Below, piece by piece: positions 34,429 through 39,324 of a DNA stretch of 39,324 nt. The notes beneath the pieces are model-generated. The model was given only the letters and a program-made list of their open reading frames with translations. It did no database searches and was not told the DNA's origin. The position numbers and the translations under genes were made by a program. Origin of the DNA: Sphingomicrobium sp. (lineage in GTDB: Bacteria > Pseudomonadota > Alphaproteobacteria > Sphingomonadales > Sphingomonadaceae). Within the stretch, counting starts at the first letter, position 1, and each line of letters begins with the position of its first letter. The stretch lies in assembly GCA_035279065.1 (NCBI GenBank), contig DATEIK010000132.1, forward strand, positions 1 to 39,324. The letters run 5' to 3'.

Positions 34429-35109
34429 ATGGATATGACTGCCGGCGGGCATACTTTGACCGCGTTCGACCAGGACTTGGCCGGGCTTCGCGGGCTGATC
34501 GTCGAAATGGGATCCTTCGCGGAAGCGGCGATCGAAGAGGCGCTGCGTTGCCTCGTCGAACACGACGTCACCGCCGCTCAGGAGCTCGTCGCCGGCGACC
34601 AGCAGCTCGATGACCTCGAAGCCGAAGCGGAGCGCCGCGTCGTCCAGCTGATTGCTCTCCGTGCGCCCATGGCCGACGACCTCCGCGACGTCGTCGCGTC
34701 ATTGAAGATCGCCGGCGTCGTCGAACGCATCGGCGACTATGCCAAGAACATCGCGCGCAGGGTGCGCCGCCTCCCGAAGCGAGGCGCTCCCGAGCCGCTG
34801 TCGCTGCTTCCGGAAATGGCGAAGATCGCCCAGGAAATGGTGCACAATTCATTGCTCGCCTTCGCCGAACGCGACGCCGAGCTCGCGACGACCGTGTGTG
34901 CTCGCGACGATGCGCTCGACGACTTCTATGAAGTCATCTTACGCACGCTCGTGACCTGCATGATGGAAAATCCGCAGAATATCGGGCCGTCGACCACGCT
35001 TCTGTTTGTCGCCAAGAATCTGGAGCGGATCGGAGATCACGCGACCAACATCGCCGAGATGGTCTATTATGCGGCCACGGGAGACCAGTTGGCCGATCAT
35101 CCCCGCTGA
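34429..35109 (+). CDS. phoU: Phosphate signalling protein PhoU
   Basis: PMADDLR, ERIGDYAKNIA, NLERIGDHATNIAE. Confidence 0.93.
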   Translation: MDMTAGGHTLTAFDQDLAGLRGLIVEMGSFAEAAIEEALRCLVEHDVTAAQELVAGDQQLDDLEAEAERRVVQLIALRAPMADDLRDVVASLKIAGVVERIGDYAKNIARRVRRLPKRGAPEPLSLLPEMAKIAQEMVHNSLLAFAERDAELATTVCARDDALDDFYEVILRTLVTCMMENPQNIGPSTTLLFVAKNLERIGDHATNIAEMVYYAATGDQLADHPR

Positions 35110-35112
35110 CCA

Positions 35113-35141
35113 CCGTCACAAAACTGCAGTCTGCCCGCCAC
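35113..35141 (+). promoter_or_regulatory. Putative Pho box array upstream of the outer-membrane barrel gene
   Basis: CCGTCAC-AAAA-CTGCAGT-CTGC-CCGCCAC; same 21-nt gap to a (C)TA -10 element as at pstS. Confidence 0.55.
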
Positions 35142-35254
35142 GTGAAGGTCGTTCAGCGTGGCTAGAGCTGCGGTGAGCAGACCAGCAGACGCGCCGGCCT
35201 GAACTATACTCTAGTCCATGACTAGGGTAGTGGCATCGAAACAATGGGGTTGGA

Positions 35255-35935
35255 ATGAAATTGAAGTATCTTGCGCCGGCAATGCTTGCCACGACTATGG
35301 GTTTGGCGACCCCGGCCGTCGCGGCGACGTCGGACAGCCAGCTGTGGACGAACCTCAATCTGAACGTGAAGATCAGCGATCGCTGGCGCTTGTCGGAGGA
35401 GGGAACCGTCCGCTTCAGCGACAACCGCAACGGCCTCTACGAGCTCGAGGTCAACAGCCTGCTCGGCTATCGCCTCAACAAAATGGTCACGCTCTGGGCC
35501 GGCTACACCCACAACCCGCAATATGCGTCCGGCGACTTCACGGTGATGGAGCACCGCGCACGCGAGCAGGCCACGTTCGACGGTTTCGCCAAGCTCGGCG
35601 GGGGTAAGCTCAACGGCCGCGTCCGCTTCGAGCAGCGCTGGCGGGAGCATGTCGACGGCACCGGCTGGCGCCTTCGCCCCTACCTCAAATATTCGGTGCC
35701 GATTGCCGGCAAGACCGCGCTCAACCTGTCGAGCGAGCCCTTCTTCAACCTCAACACCACGCCATTCCAGAAACGCACCGGCCTTGACCGGGTGCGCAAT
35801 CTCGTCACGGTCTCGACCCCGCTGACCAAGGCCCTGTCGGGCGAGATCGGCTATTTGAACCAGCACGGCTTCGTGAAGAATGGGCCGGACACCAGCGACA
35901 ACGTCGCCTATTTCGGCCTGGCGCTGAACCTGTAA
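35255..35935 (+). CDS. Outer-membrane beta-barrel protein (DUF2490-like)
   Basis: Signal peptide, QLW, EHRAREQ, RVRFEQRW, WRLRPYLK, EIGYLNQ, terminal YFGLALNL strand. Confidence 0.72.
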   Translation: MKLKYLAPAMLATTMGLATPAVAATSDSQLWTNLNLNVKISDRWRLSEEGTVRFSDNRNGLYELEVNSLLGYRLNKMVTLWAGYTHNPQYASGDFTVMEHRAREQATFDGFAKLGGGKLNGRVRFEQRWREHVDGTGWRLRPYLKYSVPIAGKTALNLSSEPFFNLNTTPFQKRTGLDRVRNLVTVSTPLTKALSGEIGYLNQHGFVKNGPDTSDNVAYFGLALNL

Positions 35936-35945
35936 GGCCCGCGCC

Positions 35946-36320
35946 TCAGGCGCCGATCAGCCTGGCCAGCGCGTCTTCGACCTGCTCGACCGTATAGGGC
36001 TTCTGCAGCCGCGGGCGGTCTTCCCACTTGTCGGGCATCTGCCAGTCGGCATAGCCGCTGGTGAGGACGAACGGCACGCCGCGCGCGGCGAGGACTTCGC
36101 ACAGCGCGAAGACGACGTCCCCGCGGATGTGCACGTCCATCATCGCCGCGTCGATCGGCTCGGCGCCTTCCGCAAGCTCGCGTGCCGCGGCCATGTTCGG
36201 CGCGGGGCCCACGACCTCGCAGCCGAGGTCGGCGAGCAGCTCGGCCGTGAACGGTCCGACGACCGGCGAATCCTCGACCACCAGGATGCGGCGGCCCTTC
36301 AGGCGAGCGTCTTCGCTCAC
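35946..36320 (-). CDS. Single-domain response regulator
   Basis: ILVVEDS, GCEVVGP, AAMMDVHIRG, PFVLTSGY, LQKPY. Start placed at GTG 36320; the ORF track gives 36359. Confidence 0.82.
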   Translation of the reverse strand: MSEDARLKGRRILVVEDSPVVGPFTAELLADLGCEVVGPAPNMAAARELAEGAEPIDAAMMDVHIRGDVVFALCEVLAARGVPFVLTSGYADWQMPDKWEDRPRLQKPYTVEQVEDALARLIGA

Positions 36321-36333
36321 CGGGGCGGGGTCT

Positions 36334-37137
36334 TCAGTGGACGAACCTTGCGACGACATCTCGATACGAACGCGAAACTTTCACTTGTGCTCCCGAATCG
36401 AGCACGAGGAAGCATTCGCCGTTGGTATGCGGCTTGACCTGCCGCACGAGGTCGAGGTTGACGATGGTCGAGCGGTGGACGCGCTGGAAGCGGCGCGGGT
36501 CGAGCCGCTTTTCCAGGTCCTTCATCGTCTCGCGCAGGATCAGCGTGTTCTCCCCCGTCTGGATGCACATATAGTCCCCGGCCGCGTCGATCCGCTCGAT
36601 CGTGTCGACGTCTACCCTGAAAATCTGGCCCTGGTCCTTGATGTTGATCATCTTTTCGTAGCGGTCCGGCGCCGGGGATTCCGGCCCGCTTCCGGCCAGC
36701 TCCTCGGCCGCTTCGGGCGCATGCTCGACCAGCGCTTCCTTGAAGCGCTCGGCCTCGCCCGCGCTGCGCTTCTCGGACAGGCGCTGACGCACGCGGTCCA
36801 TCGTCGCCGCCAGCCGGTCTTCGTCGACCGGCTTCATCAGATAATCGACCGCCTGCGCGTCGAACGCGCGCAACGCATGGTCGCCGTAGGCCGTGACGAA
36901 CACGAACAGCGGCGGTTCGACGTCCATCAGCCCCTGGATCACCGAGAAACCGTCGAAGCCCGGCATCTGGATGTCGAGGAAGACGAGGTCGGGCTTGTTG
37001 GTCTTGATCTGGCGGATGGCTTCGCGCCCGTTGGCGGCGGTCGCGACCACCTCGACGTCCTCGTGTGCCTGCAGCCGCAGTTGCAGGCCCTGGGTCGCCA
37101 GGGTTTCGTCGTCGACCAGGACGGTCCGGATGGTCAT
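36334..37137 (-). CDS. LytTR family DNA-binding response regulator
   Basis: LVDDE, FLDIQMPG, FVTAY, DYLMKP; C-terminal IDAAGDYM...FQRVHRSTIVN. Confidence 0.92.
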   Translation of the reverse strand: MTIRTVLVDDETLATQGLQLRLQAHEDVEVVATAANGREAIRQIKTNKPDLVFLDIQMPGFDGFSVIQGLMDVEPPLFVFVTAYGDHALRAFDAQAVDYLMKPVDEDRLAATMDRVRQRLSEKRSAGEAERFKEALVEHAPEAAEELAGSGPESPAPDRYEKMINIKDQGQIFRVDVDTIERIDAAGDYMCIQTGENTLILRETMKDLEKRLDPRRFQRVHRSTIVNLDLVRQVKPHTNGECFLVLDSGAQVKVSRSYRDVVARFVH

Positions 37138-38309
37138 GCAGCCGTTTCTCCGCTTTCGAATGGAATTTCGATGATAACGCTAAACCCCCCGCGTTCGTTC
37201 TTTGTGGTCTTAAACGAGTGTGTCGCGCCATAGGCCTGCGCCAGTCGGTCGCGAATGTTCGCCAGTCCGACGCCGGTCGACGGGCTCGCGGCGAAATCCG
37301 CCCCGTCGCCGTTGCCGTTGTCGGCGACTTCGATGCGCACTGCCTGGCCTTCGCGCCGGGCGGTGATCCAGATGTCCGCGCCCCCTTCGGCCGGAGTCAC
37401 CGCATATTTGATTGCATTCTCGATCAGCGGCTGGAGCAGCAGCGACGGCAGCCGAGCGCCGATCGTCTCGGGCTCGACCCGGAAGTGCGGCCTCAAGCGG
37501 TCCTCAAAGCGCATCTTCTCGATCTCGAGATAAAGCTTCAGCGTCTCTACCTCCTGCGCCAGCGTCACCTTGGCCGTGGGCTCGTTGACCAGGGTGTAGC
37601 GAAGGAACGACGACAGCCGCGCCAGCATCGCATTGGCGCGCTCGGTCTGCTTCAGCAGCACCAGCGTCGAGATCGAATTGAGCGTGTTGAACAGGAAGTG
37701 CGGATTGAGCTGGTAGCGCAGCATCGCCAGCTGCGCGGTCGAGGCCTGGCCCTCGAGCATCTCGCGCTGCCGGATCTCGTTCTCGAGCAGCAGGAAATAA
37801 TTGATCCCGTAATAGAGCGCGGCCCAGGCAGCGAGCAGCGAGAAATTGAGGAGGATCGCGCCGAGATATTCGACCCCGACCGGTTTGGCGTCGGGCTTCA
37901 GGAAGGTCGCGTAGCTCCACGTCTCGATGACCGAGAAGGCCATGGACGCGATCCCGACCACGCCCAGCGACAGGATCATCGTCCACAGCGGCCGGATGGT
38001 GATCAGCCGCCGGAACAGCGACGCCATCAGCAACGTCAGCGAATAACCCGTCGCGGTCAGCAGCAGCGTGTGGACGAGCCACATCCAGCCCATCGAATTG
38101 GCGAAACCGGAAAGCGAGCGGAGGAAGAAATAACCGCTCCACCCCACCGACTGGAGGATCCAGAACGCGCGGTTCTTGTCGTCGAAGAACGGCTGGTCGA
38201 GCCCGAACCCGCGGGCGATCGGCGCCGCGGGGGAGCGAATCTGCGGCGCGTCGGCGGCGCGCCGCGGCGTGGCCGCCCGCCGGTCGAGGGTCGCGCTGTC
38301 GGTCGCCAT
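37134..38309 (-). CDS. LytS/YehU-type sensor histidine kinase
   Basis: About four TMs, LRYQLNPHFLFNTLNSI, YLEIEKMRFEDRL, LQPLIENAIKY, GVGLANIRDRL. Confidence 0.9.
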   Translation of the reverse strand: MATDSATLDRRAATPRRAADAPQIRSPAAPIARGFGLDQPFFDDKNRAFWILQSVGWSGYFFLRSLSGFANSMGWMWLVHTLLLTATGYSLTLLMASLFRRLITIRPLWTMILSLGVVGIASMAFSVIETWSYATFLKPDAKPVGVEYLGAILLNFSLLAAWAALYYGINYFLLLENEIRQREMLEGQASTAQLAMLRYQLNPHFLFNTLNSISTLVLLKQTERANAMLARLSSFLRYTLVNEPTAKVTLAQEVETLKLYLEIEKMRFEDRLRPHFRVEPETIGARLPSLLLQPLIENAIKYAVTPAEGGADIWITARREGQAVRIEVADNGNGDGADFAASPSTGVGLANIRDRLAQAYGATHSFKTTKNERGGFSVIIEIPFESGETAA

Positions 38310-38443
38310 CGCCGCCGATATAGAAGCCGCGGCCAATCTTTGCGAGCCGCAAGGGTTGTGCGCCGGGCGGTCGTCGCTCTAGCGGGGCACTCGAACCATT
38401 GTCCGGCGTTCGTCGTTTGGCCGTCTTCGAGGTATCGTTTTCA

Positions 38444-39324
38444 ATGCACCTTCTCGCCCGTCTCGCGCTCGTCGGCGTCCTCCTCCTTTCGGCCTGCCGC
38501 GCGGGCGAGCCGGGCAACCGGGCGCATCCGCAAGCGGCCGAAGCCGCGATTGCTCCCATCCTCACCACGCCCGACGCGGTCGATACGCACAGCTTCGCGC
38601 GGCCGCTCGAGGCGCGCGTCACGCATGTCGCGGTCGACCTCAACGTCGACTTCGACGCCAGGCGGATCGGCGGCACAGCAACGCTCGACATCGACCGCAA
38701 GCCGGACGCCAGGGAGATCGTGCTCGACGACGCGGGCCTCGAAATCCAGGGCGTCACCGACGGATCGAAGCACCCGCTGCCGTTCAAGGTCGGCGCCACG
38801 GACCCCAATCTCGGCGCGCCGCTGACCATCGGCCTCAAGCCCGACACGAAACGCCTCGTCATTACCTACCGGAGCGCGCCTGACGCTGGCGCTCTCCTGT
38901 GGCTGACGCCCGATCAAACGGCAGGCAAGAAGATGCCCTTCCTGTTCAGCCAGGGCGAGGCAATCGAGAACCGCAGCTGGATTCCGACCCAGGATTCGCC
39001 GGGGATCCGCCAGACCTGGGAAGCGGCGATCCACGTGCCCGCTGGCATGACCGTGGTGATGAGCGCGCCGCGCATCGAGCAGCCGATCACCCAGGGCGGC
39101 GAAAGCGTCTTCAACTTCCGCATGGACCACAGCGTCGCTTCCTACATGATCGCGATCGGGGTCGGCGACCTCGTATTCAAGCCGCTGGGCCCGCGGACCG
39201 GCGTGTGGGCGGAGCCGGTGACGCTGGATGCGGCGGCGCGGGAGCTGGCCGATACCGAGAAGATGGTCGCGGCCGCCGAGAAGCTCTACGGCTCCTATCG
39301 CTGGGGCCGCTACGACGTGCTCGT
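38444..39324 (+). CDS. M1 family aminopeptidase (LTA4-hydrolase-like) lipoprotein, 3' end cut by window edge
   Basis: Translated manually: MHLLARLALVGVLLLSAC...DTHSFARP...FLFSQGEAIENRSWIPTQDSPGIRQTW...SYMIAIGVG...AEKLYGSYRWGRYDVL. Confidence 0.87.
   Translation, partial: MHLLARLALVGVLLLSACRAGEPGNRAHPQAAEAAIAPILTTPDAVDTHSFARPLEARVTHVAVDLNVDFDARRIGGTATLDIDRKPDAREIVLDDAGLEIQGVTDGSKHPLPFKVGATDPNLGAPLTIGLKPDTKRLVITYRSAPDAGALLWLTPDQTAGKKMPFLFSQGEAIENRSWIPTQDSPGIRQTWEAAIHVPAGMTVVMSAPRIEQPITQGGESVFNFRMDHSVASYMIAIGVGDLVFKPLGPRTGVWAEPVTLDAAARELADTEKMVAAAEKLYGSYRWGRYDVL

Overview
GC-rich, very gene-dense chromosomal segment from an alphaproteobacterium. Gene content and repeat types suggest Sphingomonadaceae, but this is inference. 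Left to right: the end of an aromatic-catabolism operon (hppD, pcaF-like thiolase, paaD); a De Ley-Doudoroff galactose cluster (dgoD, GH1-like glycosidase, SMP-30 lactonase, dgoK, dgoA, galactose dehydrogenase); a Crp/Fnr regulator; pyrC; ygfZ; an acnA-GFA-small membrane protein-cyclase operon; corA; DUF2585; a PagL-like barrel; fumC; sspB; a membrane LytTR protein; a HIT protein; an APC permease; a PfkB kinase; queG; an ABC exporter; an ICL/PEP-mutase-family gene; an M49 peptidase lipoprotein; a phoR-phoB-pstSCAB-phoU locus followed by a Pho-box-preceded outer-membrane barrel; a LytS/LytTR pair with a single-domain receiver; and the start of an M1 aminopeptidase. I saw no transposase, phage gene, tRNA, rRNA or CRISPR array. 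The most notable signals are a ~135-bp four-hairpin intergenic element in two diverged copies with compensatory base changes, three GT...CCA REP-like doublets, the Pho-regulated barrel, an apparent CTG start, and many leaderless-type promoters. All product calls come from motif recognition, not database searches.
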